In this document: piece after piece, positions 25,985 to 37,763 of the stretch
Layout: each line of letters opens with the position of its first letter
Position numbering within the stretch: the first letter of the stretch is position 1
Virus record (IMG/VR): IMGVR_UViG_3300031994_000060
DNA length: 64,000 nt
Origin: an uncultured virus (IMG/VR IMGVR_UViG_3300031994_000060)
Taxonomy: Duplodnaviria; Heunggongvirae; Uroviricota; Caudoviricetes
Reading direction: 5' to 3' (one strand)
Made by a program: the position numbers and the translations under genes
Notes under the pieces: generated by a model
Database searches by the model: none
What the model was told of the DNA's origin: nothing
What the model saw: the letters and a program-made list of their open reading frames with translations, nothing else

Positions 25985-26449
25985 ATGATTAACATTTCAA
26001 TTAAAGATTTGGCTCACTACCAAAAGACTTTTAGTGAAGCTATCAAATTTCCTATGTCTATGAAGACAGCAGAAATGATGGAAAAGTTCTTAAAAGAAAC
26101 CGATCAGAAGGTAAAGAAAGCTATGGAAGATTTTCAATTTGAAGAAAAGAAACAAGCTATTATTAAGAAGATGTGAGAAGAACTTGATAATAAATTTAAA
26201 GACGCAGTAGATAAAAATGAAGTAGATGCTTCAGATGAAAAAGCTGTTAAAGAATTTAAAGAGAAATTACAACAAGAGATTGCATGAACTTGAGCTTCTA
26301 AGGAAGAACAAGATCTTATAAATGATTTCTATGCATTGACTATTATGGTTGAACCTATTGATTATGTGGTTGATGAAAGACTTCCAGGAATATTTAATAT
26401 TTCAATGAGAGACGATACGTCTGGTTTAATTAATTACAAGAAGAAATAA
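25985..26449 (+). CDS. hypothetical protein
   Basis: Track ORF extended through TGA. Confidence 0.65.
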
Positions 26450-26781
26450 TGAAAGAAATTACATTAAACGTTTATGAAACTGATTGAAAAGGATCAGAAT
26501 CAAATTACATCCAAAAGTTCAAGAACTTTGAAGATCTAATTGAATTCGTAAATAAGGAAGCTTGCCAATCGGATGATAAGGAAGCTCAAATAAAAGCTGA
26601 TAGATTTGCTTTAGCACTTGAAGATGTCGGAGCAAATATAGATTGCTTAAATGAAGCATTTCAAGAATATGCTGAAGTAGAAGAAGACAAAGATTTTGTT
26701 AGAGATCTATGTCTTAAAGTAAATGATATTATAGATGCATATGATGAATTAGAAGAATTTTTGGAAGAAGAAAATAGATAA
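26449..26781 (+). CDS. acidic hypothetical protein
   Basis: TAATG overlap; last gene of the + strand arm. Confidence 0.65.
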
Positions 26782-26785
26782 TTAT

Positions 26786-26821
26786 AAAAAAACCTCAACT
26801 CTCAGATAGTTGGGGTTTTTT
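26786..26821. terminator. bidirectional terminator at convergence of the two arms
   Basis: AAAAAACCTCAACT-ctcagat-AGTTGGGGTTTTTT. Confidence 0.8.
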
Positions 26822-26835
26822 ATTGTGTCTAATAA

Positions 26836-27234
26836 TTATTCTTCTTTTGTAGCTTTTACATAGTAAGATCCGTATCTTCTGATTAACTCCCAAACACTTC
26901 TGTCGAAAGTTCTCCAGTGATCAAATCTACATTTGTCTTGTCAGAAATATTTAGCAACCTTAACTGGTTTACCATCTATTTCAACAACTGGTCATCCAAC
27001 TACAGGGATACCATTGATAGCAGAACCATTTCATCCTGCTTTCATATCTTCGATTGTACCTTCTCCTGATCCTCCAGCTCAAGCTGAAAAGTCTCTCATA
27101 GAATGTACTATATGTTCTTTGTCGCTAACTAATTTAGCTTCCTTGAGTGTAGCAATAGTTCAAGCGTCAATACCTGAAGTTTTGAACGTCTTGAGTTCCA
27201 CATTTAATGTTTCTGGAAAAGCCATCACGATCAT
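26836..27234 (-). CDS. hypothetical late protein
   Basis: 132 aa frame. Confidence 0.65.
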
Positions 27235-27288
27235 TAATTACAAATTTAAAGTAGGTATATCAGCCACTTCTGAGTAGTGGGGATGATA

Positions 27289-28599
27289 TTAATTTATAGT
27301 TATGTTTTTCATTCTACCATTAGGTATAGGATCACTTATTCTAACAATCTCAATAGAGGTTGAAGCTGAGTTATCATCACTGTTACTTCAAGTAACTCAG
27401 ATATAATAACGTCATTTTTCATCATTAGCTTGTACAAGTCTAGGATCTTGATCTCTCATATCTGGTTTAACAGCCATATAGATTTCTATATTTCTGCTAG
27501 TAAGATTTACAAGATATGTTCTACCAAATGGTAATCATGTATTATCTAATGTCCATCATGTATTAGTATAATGATTCCAAGTATTGTAATCATATTGATC
27601 AGGGAACATTCTATTTAATGCTGGTGTTCTTCAACTCTTTCAAGCATATGTAGGATATTCTCAACATTGATATTTAGTATCATTGATTTCTCTGATCACA
27701 TCATCATCTCATTTGATGTATAATCAACATCTTATTGAGTGACAAGTTTGGTATGTTGTTATATATGCACTATAAGATATAGCATATACTCATGGTTCTT
27801 TAATCATAATTACTCAGAAATCTTCTGGTGCTCAGAATACTTCTGTTCATTTACATACCCAATCTCATGTTATATAAGAATTAGAATCACTAATTGTTCA
27901 AGTATCTCTAGGTTTATTTTGACTAGCATCATGAGGCAAGAAATATCTAACAGTTCTTCATTCTCTTTCACTAGCAGTAGAACTCCAATTAATACAAGGA
28001 GTAGCTGCAATTCAACCTGTAAATATACATTTACAATATTGGTTTGGTAATTGCTCTCATGAACATTCATAATCAACAAACCATTCGTTATTCTCATTCT
28101 TAAGTTTTACATTCCATCAATTTGTACATTTACCTGATGGTAATGAAGGGTTTATAAATGGACCATTAGGACCTGAAGGTCTCCATACTAACAATGATGG
28201 TCAAGCTTCTTCGATATCGATACAGTATAATCAATCATAAGAACAAGATCATTTAACCTTAGTATCTAATGGTCAAGGATTATTATCCTTTTCTGATACT
28301 GCAACATTTCTATCGCTATCCATTCATTCAGTAGGATCAGCAATAGTCAAACATCAATTTGATGTAGCTTTTAGAAACCATTTAGAACTAGGTATTCATT
28401 TATCTTTTCATAACTTAGCTAGATCATTTAGTGCGTCTATAACACAATTCTTTGTTAATTGGTTAACAGAAGGACAATCTTCTAATAATTCACAGAATGA
28501 TTTATAGCTATGGTTATTATCACAATCACTAACTATAACTCTATCGCATCATATATTGGCATCATCTATTGTTTTATTTCAATAGAAATTGTACTGCAT
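27289..28599 (-). CDS. virion fibre/spike-like protein with C1q/TNF-like C-terminal domain
   Basis: VAVSEKDNNPGPLDTKV; IKEPGVYAISYSAYI; 436 aa. Confidence 0.55.
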
Positions 28600-28603
28600 G
28601 ATA

Positions 28604-28834
28604 TTATTTGTTTGTTATAAAAGCACGATATTGTTCATTCCATATAGTTTTAGGCCTCATATTATTGTTAGTAATAGTTGGTTTATCTTCATATCTAGGA
28701 AGCGTAACAACCTTTTCTCTAACATTTACATTAGCCTTATATCATTCGGCAGCAACAGGATTAGTTTTAGATAATCTATCTATAACAGCTTGTTTTCTAG
28801 CTTCTGCCTTTTTTTTACAAGGTAAACAAACCAT
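28604..28834 (-). CDS. hypothetical protein
   Basis: Open frame. Confidence 0.5.
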
Positions 28835-28835
28835 T

Positions 28836-29237
28836 TTATTTCTCTTCTTTAGAATTAAAATCGTAGTCACATTCAGGACATTTATCTACTTTTTCTCATT
28901 CCCATCAACAGTCAGGGCAAGTTACAGTAGATGGTTCGTTATTGTCTGAATTTGATTCAGACTTTTCTCAACGACCTAGATCTTGAGCTTCTTTAATATC
29001 TGGATTAGCATTACGAAGAAGTTCGTTAAGCATTTCTTCATGCTTCCAAAGATCTTTTATAATCTCATTCTTGATACAATCAGCTTCTGCTTGTAATCCA
29101 TATTCAAGAAACTCATCTATTGAATGTGCAAAACAATCAATATGTCTGAATATATCTTGTCTAAGTTCATTGATCTTACAGATTCTAACAGTATCTGGAT
29201 TTTTCCTAGGTCACATAGTTATAGATACTTCTTCCAT
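28836..29237 (-). CDS. helical protein with C-terminal zinc ribbon (CPDC...CPEC)
   Basis: Two CxxC pairs. Confidence 0.65.
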
Positions 29238-29245
29238 ATTATATA

Positions 29246-29821
29246 TTATAATGTAAATTGGAACGCATTTCTACCTCATTGTCTTATAGGATTAGTATTT
29301 ACTTCAGTAGCTCAAGCACTTCTTGAACTAGTTGTAGTTGTAGGCTGAACAGTTGTAGTAGTAGTTTGCTGTTGATTATTAATTTTATCTAATACATTAT
29401 TGTCATAATAACCAAGTTCTACTCATAGCTTCATCAATGTATTTAATTGATCTTGAGTAAAAAAGTTCTTATCTTGATTATATTTTTCAATAGCTTTTAA
29501 GAATACATCATTCTTAGTAGTATCAGATCAATTAACTGAAGCAGTCCTATTATTATTAATCTTATTAGCTTGTTGTGTTTTCCGTTGTTCATAAGCAGCA
29601 TTGTCTGCTTCTTCATTAGCTAATATATTATTAATATCTGTTGCTTCAGGAGTTGCAACAGGATTAGACCTATATTTTTTTATAGGTTCTGGTGTAGGTG
29701 TTGGTTCAACTTTTTTTGACCAGTATGCTTGTTTTACTCAATTAACTAATCAATTAATCTTATCTGCCTCTGTTTGTATAGCATTTCAGAGATCATTTAA
29801 CATTGTTGAAGTAGTAGACAT
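29246..29821 (-). CDS. hypothetical late protein
   Basis: 191 aa frame. Confidence 0.65.
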
Positions 29822-29836
29822 TTTGTTAAATAAAAA

Positions 29837-30370
29837 TTACAAACTAAATTTTTTACTAAGTAAAGTTGCATTTATCTTATCTTTATTACTTATAGGCTCA
29901 GCAGCTTTACTTATAATAATTTTTGGCATTACTTGTCTTTTAACCCATCTTCTACGATCAGCTCTACCGCTAGCTATATTAGGAACGCTAGCTAGTGAAG
30001 ATATTCAGGCAGTTTCTACTCAAGCCAATAATGCTGGACTTGATGCAACAGCAGTAGCTCATGCAGGAAGTGCTCAATATACAGCTAGTCAAGGTGCTAC
30101 TCTACCTGCTAAGTATCATGCAGATCAGTAATTCTGTCACATATCAGAAGTCCATTCAGAGGTATTCCTTAACTCTTCACCGGCTTTCTGTAATTTAGTA
30201 CCTTTAGGTGCTAAGTTAGCAACAGCAGTTCATAGCATAGTTGCTGGCATATTCATAGTGTCATTAAATCAACCTATGAAATTCTTAGCTGATTGAACGG
30301 CATCACCAACTCATTGTTTAACATTATTCTTGAACTCATTAGCTATTCAATTAATTATTTTATTAGCCAT
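29837..30370 (-). CDS. Ala/Gly-rich hydrophobic protein (possible internal virion/membrane-inserting)
   Basis: Long A/G-rich apolar segment. Confidence 0.55.
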
Positions 30371-30777
30371 TATCATACAGTATCTTTATAAATCTTTTCA
30401 TCACTGAATAGTGATTTTCATTTATGCTTGTCTTTGATTAAACTTTCTTTATAGAACAACTCTCTAGGTAAAGCTAATAATCAGTAAAGTTCTTTGACAA
30501 CGGCATCGTTCAAGACTTTTTCTCGTCATCGATCTTTCAATAGATAGAGAAGCTGTTCATGAACGATTTGCCTGTTACCAAAGAATCTATTTAAATTATC
30601 ATGTCCTATTTCAGGAACCATAATTTTATTCTCGTTATTGTCTGTATTATACTCTTTACGATTAGACTTCCCGAGTATATGGTGTAGATTCTTTGTCGTC
30701 TTATCTTTCAATAAGATAAGTTTATACTGTTTATTGTCTACTGTAGTTATCCTTTCAATTCTGTTCCTGTGCTTCAT
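30370..30777 (-). CDS. HNH-like endonuclease
   Basis: NLHHILG...N...N...H spacing; track ORF extended through TGA. Confidence 0.5.
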
Positions 30778-30787
30778 GAAAGTATTT

Positions 30788-31054
30788 TTATTTTAAATGC
30801 TGCAAGAAGTCCTTACGCTGTTCGGCAATCGCATCAGTGAAATTCTTCGTAATTTCACCAAGCTTGTCTGTATTCTCTTTGTGAATGTTCCTGATAGTTC
30901 TTATTGCATAAATAGCAAGTCCAATAGCTATTAAAGCAACGATAACTGCTATAGCTAGATAGAATCATCTTTCACTTGAACTACCAGCATTGAGAATATT
31001 TCACACCGTGTCTGCCACATTTACATCTGTAGTTACAGTATGAGCTGTCTCCAT
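30788..31054 (-). CDS. holin-like single-TM protein
   Basis: 88 aa; one TM (FYLAIAVIVALIAIGLAIYAI) followed by a charged coiled coil. Confidence 0.55.
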
Positions 31055-31102
31055 AGTGGTTTGTATATACAGGAAATAAAAGTTGGCGTGTCCTTTAACG
31101 TT

Positions 31103-31130
31103 ATAGTATGAAAAAAAAATTAAATTACAA
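31103..31130 (-). promoter_or_regulatory. promoter TTGTAA-N16-TACTAT
   Basis: Just downstream of terminator 31133-31164. Confidence 0.6.
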
Positions 31131-31132
31131 TA

Positions 31133-31164
31133 GAAAAAAGAGCAAACATGTTGCTCTTTTTTTT
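31133..31164 (-). terminator. intrinsic terminator
   Basis: AAAAAAGAGCAA-acatg-TTGCTCTTTTTT. Confidence 0.75.
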
Positions 31165-31175
31165 GTTGAAATATA

Positions 31176-31592
31176 TTATTCATAATATCCAGGAACAGTC
31201 CATTGATTTGGAGATCATTCTTCTATTGTTGTAACTGTAGTTCATGAATAATTAATTGTAAGTCATACTTGTATAAATGTTTGAACTCATTGGTCTCATA
31301 CGAGAGTTCCTGTTCAACTTCCAGTATTAAGATTTATTTTTCTAAATCTTAATCTTGTTGCTGATCAGGTTTTTGTATGAGAATCTAATAGATAAAATAT
31401 ATCTTGATTACTACTTTTTGTGTATCTTACTATAACATAATTTCCAGCTAATACTGAGTCAAGAATAGCTTGAGCTCAAGTTGTGTCAGAAGTTCATGTT
31501 AATGTTAATACTTCAAATGGAGAGCTAGATCCTCCTCCACCTCATTGAGACATAGTGTCTCCTTTATAAATTAATTTTACAATGTCTGCCAT
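31176..31592 (-). CDS. fibre-associated protein
   Basis: T/G/S-rich, directly after fibre gene. Confidence 0.55.
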
Positions 31593-31622
31593 TTTTTAAT
31601 AAATTACATAATAAAAGTATTG

Positions 31623-33296
31623 TTAAGAAGCCAATATCATATATACAACATCAGCATTCTTTTCTTCTGGTGTTAATGCATCGTATTGTGCTTGTGTTAA
31701 TTTTGTTATAGGACGTGATGATAATGCGTCTGTCCATGAATATCCATTAGCTGTTTTAGACAATAACTGTCCAGCAGATCAACTACCTGGATCCTCTATT
31801 AGTACTGGTTTATTAGTTACATTGTCCCAAGTTACATATATAGGTCCAGCTGTTCATTCGATAAGATAGATAACATCAGCTTCTTTCTCCTTTTGAGGAA
31901 GTGCGTCATATTCAGCTTGAGTGAGCTTTTGTGCTCAACTTCAAGTAATGAGATCATCCCATCAATAACCATTTTCCATCTTCATTAATACTTGTCATTC
32001 GTAACCATCAGCTGGCATAATCATTACATCAGGTTTGTCTGTAATATTATTCCAAGATACTGTTAGTTCTCAAGCATTACCTGTAATAAGATATATCACA
32101 TCGGCATCTTTCTCTTCTGGAGTAAGTGCATCATATTCAGCCTGGGTTAATTTCATTGCTACTACTGGAACAACAGCAGTTCCTGTAATAAGATAGATTA
32201 TATCTGCTTGCTTCTCACTTGGTGTTAGTGCGTCATATTGAGCTTGTGTAAGCTTAACAGCACTACTTCATCAAGCAACAGAAGTCCATTCATATCAATT
32301 AGCCGTCTTTGTTAGTACCTGTCCAACGCTACCATTAGCTGGCACAATCATTACATCAGGCTTATTAGTCACATTCTCCCATGCGATTGTTAATGTTTGT
32401 CATTGTCAAGTGATAAGATAGATAACATCAGCCTGTTTTTCTTCAGGAGTTAAAGCATCATATTGAGCTTGTGTAAGTTCTATTACACTTGATCATCCTG
32501 ATTGAGATGCTTGCCATGCATATCATGATGCTGTTTTAGTAAGTACTTGTCATGCAACTCAGTTTAATGGATTAACCATAACATCAGGTTTACCTGTTAC
32601 ATTATTCCATGCAACTGTAATTGTTCCTCAAGGTCAATCTCATTCTATCAAATAGATAGTATTAGACGCCTTTTCTTCTGGACTTAATGCATCGTATTGT
32701 TCTTGCGTAATCGTCATTACGGCAGTTCATCCGTCAACAGCCAAACTTCAGCTTAATGGATCCCAAGCTGTTCCGTTCCAAGCAACATTAGTTCATGCTG
32801 CAAATTTAGGATCAACTAAATGCTCGGTCTCTACATTATATACATCTCATACTACCATACCATCTTGAGGTAATGCATTATAATTAAGAACACTACCTTT
32901 ATATCTGTATACACTACTTATTGATGCAGAGATTAATGAGTCAACTTCTGGCTTTGTATAGACAGAAGTTACATTAGCCTTAGCATTCAATGCAGTTTGT
33001 GTAGCATTACTGATAGGTTTATCAGCATCTGATGTATTGTTAACATTTCCTAATCAAACATCTGCTGCATCCATTTGGATGTTGATGTTCTTGTCGTTAA
33101 CTGCATTCGTTGTTGTTGAATCAAACTGAACTCAATTTTTTAGAAACGTTATAGTTGAATTATTTACTACCTGTCCTGGAGGTATGTTGTCTAGATCCCT
33201 GAAATCGTTTGTGAATGCTGTTCTTCACAACTCAGATCTATAAGGTTTTCTAGCAATTTCTTCTATAAGCTTCTGTGAATTCGTAAGATTTGGCAT
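31623..33296 (-). CDS. tail/head fibre protein 1 with six TQxxYDAL repeats
   Basis: MPNLTNSQKLI start; DVGLGNVNNTSDADKPIS motif; repeated LTQAxYDALxPxEKxADxIYLI and GQVLxKxxxGYxW. Confidence 0.8.
31640..32720 (-). repeat. six degenerate intragenic repeats (fibre modules)
   Basis: gcatcatattg/gcgtcatattc cores near 31680, 31905, 32130, 32232, 32457 and 32690. Confidence 0.8.
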
Positions 33297-33340
33297 TTAT
33301 AAAAGAATTGATTTAAAGTATGCCTATCGGCATTAAAGTT

Positions 33341-33368
33341 AATTTATGAATTTTTTTTAGAATTACAA
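33341..33368 (-). promoter_or_regulatory. promoter TTGTAA-N16-TAAATT
   Basis: Upstream of fibre 1. Confidence 0.6.
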
Positions 33369-33375
33369 TAGATAA

Positions 33376-34290
33376 TTATAGAGGTAATTCCTTATTTAAT
33401 TCAGGATAATTTCTTCTGAGACTTTGAGATAAAGTTACAATAGCATTCTTTACATCTTGTGGTTGTTGATCATAAGTCTTCTTGAAATATTGTAATATAG
33501 TCAAAGCTCAGTTCTTTCTCTTGAGATATTCTGGATCTTTGTTCTCAACTTCTTTATTATAGATAACCCAATATCTATGATTCATTCTCCATCATAAATC
33601 TTTTATAGTTTTATCTGAGATATAGAATCTACTTTTTCTTTTATTCTCATCATTAGGAGTCCATGAATTCAAAGCCCAGAATCATCATTTATCAAATCAT
33701 ACAAAACAAATAGCGTGTGCTCAAGATGTAGTCCCTACAATTCATTTAACTTCTCATTTAGTCATTTGATTCCAAAGATCTTTATTTCAAGTGATAGTCC
33801 AAACAACAGGACATCAAGAATAAATATATCTTCTCATTAAATCAAAGTCTGGTTTTTCATAAGACCAATCTACATGAGCATATCAATCGAAATAAGAAAC
33901 TCATCATTCTTCATTAGCTATTCATTGTTTTAATGCTGTTCTCATAGCGTTTTCAACATAATCACCTCATTCATATTTATCAGGATCATGTCACATTTTA
34001 CGCCATAGATCTTTCCAATTAGGAGTAATGATATTAGAATCAGTAGGTTCTTTTCAATTCTTCTTTACTGTGAGTACATGTACTCAGTGAGTAGTAGAAT
34101 TACAAGTACAAGAACCGATAGTTCATTGGTAATTAGTTTTATATACCCATTTACCAAGACTAAAGTTGTCTGGCAACTTTACATTCATATCGACCTTAAC
34201 AGCTTCTTCAGCTTTAAAGTCGGTAGCTTCAGCATACTCTGGAGGCAAAGTTAGCGCACTACCAAATACTTTTGCTTCTTCATCAGTCAT
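33376..34290 (-). CDS. papain-like (C1) cysteine peptidase
   Basis: YQGTIGSCT (catalytic C), GAHAICFVGFD (H), ALNSW (N). Confidence 0.85.
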
Positions 34291-34319
34291 TAGATATCGA
34301 TTAAGATATAAATATAAAA

Positions 34320-34347
34320 AAGGTATTGATAAGTACAGAAATTACAA
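34320..34347 (-). promoter_or_regulatory. promoter TTGTAA-N16-TACCTT
   Basis: Follows terminator 34352-34378. Confidence 0.5.
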
Positions 34348-34351
34348 GAGA

Positions 34352-34378
34352 AAAAGACTACTATTTAGTAGTCTTCTT
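34352..34378 (-). terminator. intrinsic terminator
   Basis: AAGACTACTA-tt-TAGTAGTCTT. Confidence 0.65.
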
Positions 34379-34439
34379 CTTTGTAGTCTTCTTAACAGAA
34401 GGTATAACGAGATCCATTTTATCACCACTGACAGTTACA

Positions 34440-35003
34440 TTACGCCCCTGTTGTGGTGCTTGTTGTGGGAGGATAGATTGATGTGTATGGAGATGCTACT
34501 ATCCAAGCCGGAACAGAATTTGGTCTGATAGCATTAATGAGTTCATTAGTTTGTTGATTATTTTGTGCAATAACTCTTGCTTCAGCTAATTCTGTTCTAA
34601 GTCTTTGAGTCTCCTGTTCGCAAAGTTTATCAAGAACTTTTTGTACATTAGCAGCAGATGATGCAATTATTTGCGCTGTATTCTGTTGTCATGCTAAAAT
34701 AGCTCTTTCAATACTTTGGTTTGTATTACAGAAACCCATGTTCATTTGACTTGTTAAGTTAGATATTGATTGTTGATTGAATAGTTGATTTTGCCAAGCA
34801 GTATTATTATTGATTAAATCAACAGTATTATCATGATTATTATTGTTGTTCATACCATTTAATAACCAAGCTGCTCAAGCATTTCATCATCAAAATCAAT
34901 TACCAAACAATCAATTACCATTACTCATGAATAAGAACAAGATTAATATAATCAACCAAGTTCACATTCAACCCATAGTCATTGTTGTATTAGTTCCGTC
35001 CAT
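34440..35003 (-). CDS. TM + Gly/Asn-rich + coiled-coil protein of unknown function
   Basis: WLIILILFLF, GFC, QKVLDKLC, IRPNSVPAWIVASP. Confidence 0.75.
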
Positions 35004-35050
35004 GATAAAATTACATAGAATATAAAATATTATTGGCTGGCCTACTTAGT

Positions 35051-35305
35051 TTAACGACCAATCATATCTATAATCTCTGCTCATCTATCTGGTACAAAAG
35101 TCGAAGCCTGTTGCTTTATCTGATTTGCTATATCTGGTCTAGATCTCAAAAGTCATGGCATAACTTTTGCGGCTAACTCATTCAGACTAGCAGGATCATT
35201 AAAGTTTACATTCTGTAATTCTTTAGGATCGATCCCCAACTGGATTAACTTATTCTTGATTCATCAGAATGCGTTAATCATTTGTAATAGACTCATCATA
35301 TCCAT
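35051..35305 (-). CDS. hypothetical protein
   Basis: MMSLLQMI...QLGIDP. Confidence 0.6.
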
Positions 35306-35313
35306 CTGTAATA

Positions 35314-35532
35314 TTATTTATGATCTAAATCTATATCGTATTCTGCATAGAGTTCTCAGAACTTGCGACGATATTTACGTTCCAAGTATTGCTTTTTCAT
35401 AAGAAACCCAGCATACCTGATAACATGTTTAAGGATATCTTTGGCTTCACCAGGTCTCTGAAGCATATCCTCTGTTACAACATCTGTTAAGATTTCAGTT
35501 CCGTCAAAGTAACGGTTCTTGATTTCTTCCAT
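35314..35532 (-). CDS. hypothetical protein
   Basis: Open frame. Confidence 0.55.
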
Positions 35533-35587
35533 AATAATATGGTTAAGATATAAAAGTAATTGTATAATAAGAGAAATATGTAAATAT

Positions 35588-35615
35588 AAAATATATCGTA
35601 GAGATTTTTTGTCAA
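35588..35615 (-). promoter_or_regulatory. promoter TTGACA-N16-TATTTT
   Basis: Divergent intergenic region. Confidence 0.55.
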
Positions 35616-35768
35616 TAGGTATGAAGTATTATTATGAAGATAGGTTAATCTAAAGTTAATAATATCTTGAAAAATTACATAGAATGGTTAAATAGAAAAT
35701 GTGTCAACATATTATAAAATTTGTTGCGGGCATATATTAAGACTCATTTTATATCTTAATGCAAAAAT

Positions 35769-36020
35769 ATGCTCAACTGTATAATATGTTGATGAGAGGC
35801 ACGTTGATGCACTTATTGTAATCATTGTGCTAGAATCAAATCTGATGCGTGTTCGGTACTATGTCAACAGATCAACAAACTTGAGAAGTTGTTTCAGGTC
35901 AAGAGGAAGAACCAGGAATGGTTCGACAAATTCAGACTGTATACAAACAATAGTCTTAAGATGATTGAAACGCTGGAAATGTATGAACGCAAAAAGTATG
36001 AAAATAGAGTGACTAGATAG
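35769..36020 (+). CDS. small zinc-finger protein (CIIC...CNHC), counter-oriented
   Basis: Two CxxC pairs; own terminator at 36003-36032. Confidence 0.65.
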
Positions 36021-36063
36021 TCACTCTATTTTTAAAAAAAGAGAGTTATATAACTCTCTTTTT
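36003..36063. terminator. tandem terminators for convergent genes
   Basis: ATAGAGTGACTA-ga-TAGTCACTCTAT and AAAAAGAGAGTTA-ta-TAACTCTCTTTTT. Confidence 0.8.
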
Positions 36064-36068
36064 ATATA

Positions 36069-37673
36069 TTAGCTATCAATAACAAATGTTATTATATTTG
36101 ATGCAGTTCATGCTGCAGGTGCTGTATTTGATACTTTGAATATATATGATTTTCCACTATCTCAACTATAAGCCGTTGCTCATGTACTAGCATTAGATCT
36201 AATAGTTGCAATATCTGAGATAGTTGATTGTTTATTATTCCAAGTATACTTTTCTCAAGCTGTTACTAATCAAGTAGATGTTCATCCTGAAGAAGCAGCA
36301 ACACATGAGTATGTAGTATCTGTAAGATTAATACATACATTACTTGAAGCGTTAGCAGTAAATGATCATTTACAAGTATTATTTTGGCATATTGTTAATG
36401 TAGCATTATTCACAGTAGGAATAGTAGGTTGTCAAGTTAGATCACAATATTTACCAGATGTAGCAACTTTTGCTAAAGATGGTTTATTTTTAATATAATC
36501 TTTACAAGTAGTTGTCGCTTGATTCCAATCACTTTGGATCTGTGCAGCAGGTATTGTTGGTTGTCATGTCAAATCACAATATTTACCTGATGTTGCTACG
36601 GTAGCGAGACTAGGTTTATTTTTTATATAATCTTTACAAGAACTGCAAGATTGATTCCAATCACTCTGTATTTGAGCTGCAGGTATTGTTGGTTTATTTA
36701 AGATTACTCACATACCAGTAGTAGCATTCCAATCGCTTTGTACTTGTGCAGCTGGAATTGTAAGACTGACTGCTCATGTACATCCATTTACTGATGTAAC
36801 TGGAGCATTAGCATATCAATATCAACTAGCTGTTTTAGTTAATACTTGTCATGTACTTCATGTTCAAGGATTAAATCATGTAGGTACAGCTCATCAATCT
36901 TTAATTATTTTACCAGTAGTTCAATCAAATACTGCTAAATGTCAGTTAGTAGCAGAAGATGGTCAAGTTACATCTCAAGTTCACGCTCAAGATAAAGCGT
37001 CATCAACATACTTTTTAGTGGCTGGTTGATAATTTCAAGTAGGAGTAAATGCAGTTGTATTTGTTTTAGTAAGTACATCAGCTGTTTTAGCATATGAACT
37101 TAAATCAACTAATCAAGCCAATGGATCCCAAGCACTACCTGTCCATGCAACATTTGTTCAAGCCTCGAATTTAGGATTTGTTGTATGCGCTGCTTCAACA
37201 TTCCATACATCTCAAGTTTTGTTTCATGTTGTAGGAAGGCTGTCATAATTCGCTTTACTACCTTTATATTTATATACAGAAGACAATGCAGTATTGATTG
37301 CATTACTAATAGCAGTATCTGTTTGTGCACTTGTATATACATCAGCAGCATTAGCTTTTAGATTCAATGCTGTCTGAGTAGCTGTACTAACAGGTTTATT
37401 AGCATCGCTAGTATTATCAACATTACCTAATCACACATCAGATGCAGACATAGTTATGTTAATAGATTTAGCACTAGAAGCATTAGTAGTAAAACAATCA
37501 ACTGCTGTTCAATTCTTCTGAATAGTAATAGTAGAATTATTAACAGTAGGGATAGTAGGCTGACCAGTCAAATCGCAATACTTACCAGAAGTAGCAACAG
37601 CACATAGTGAATTGCTATATGCTTTCTTATTCATCTCTTCAATAAGTTTTGCAGAGTTTGTTAAGTTTGCCAT
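36069..37673 (-). CDS. tail/head fibre protein 2
   Basis: MANLTNSAKLI; VATSGKYCDLTGQP x3; QSDWN...YIKNKP repeats; DVGLGNVDNTSD. Confidence 0.8.
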
Positions 37674-37763
37674 ATAAAATTCTAATTACGTAATTAAAAT
37701 AGAAAGGGTATAGGGCGCAGGCCCTACACCCATTTTATAGTATTATGTCTTTTTAATTCAAGA

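Noticed and set aside
31640..32720. CRISPR-like repeat array
   Set aside because: The repeats are degenerate at third codon positions, irregularly spaced and in frame within a fibre gene.
33540..33570. Frameshift truncating the C1 peptidase
   Set aside because: A base-by-base recount shows WVIYNKEVEN is continuous to TAA at 33376.
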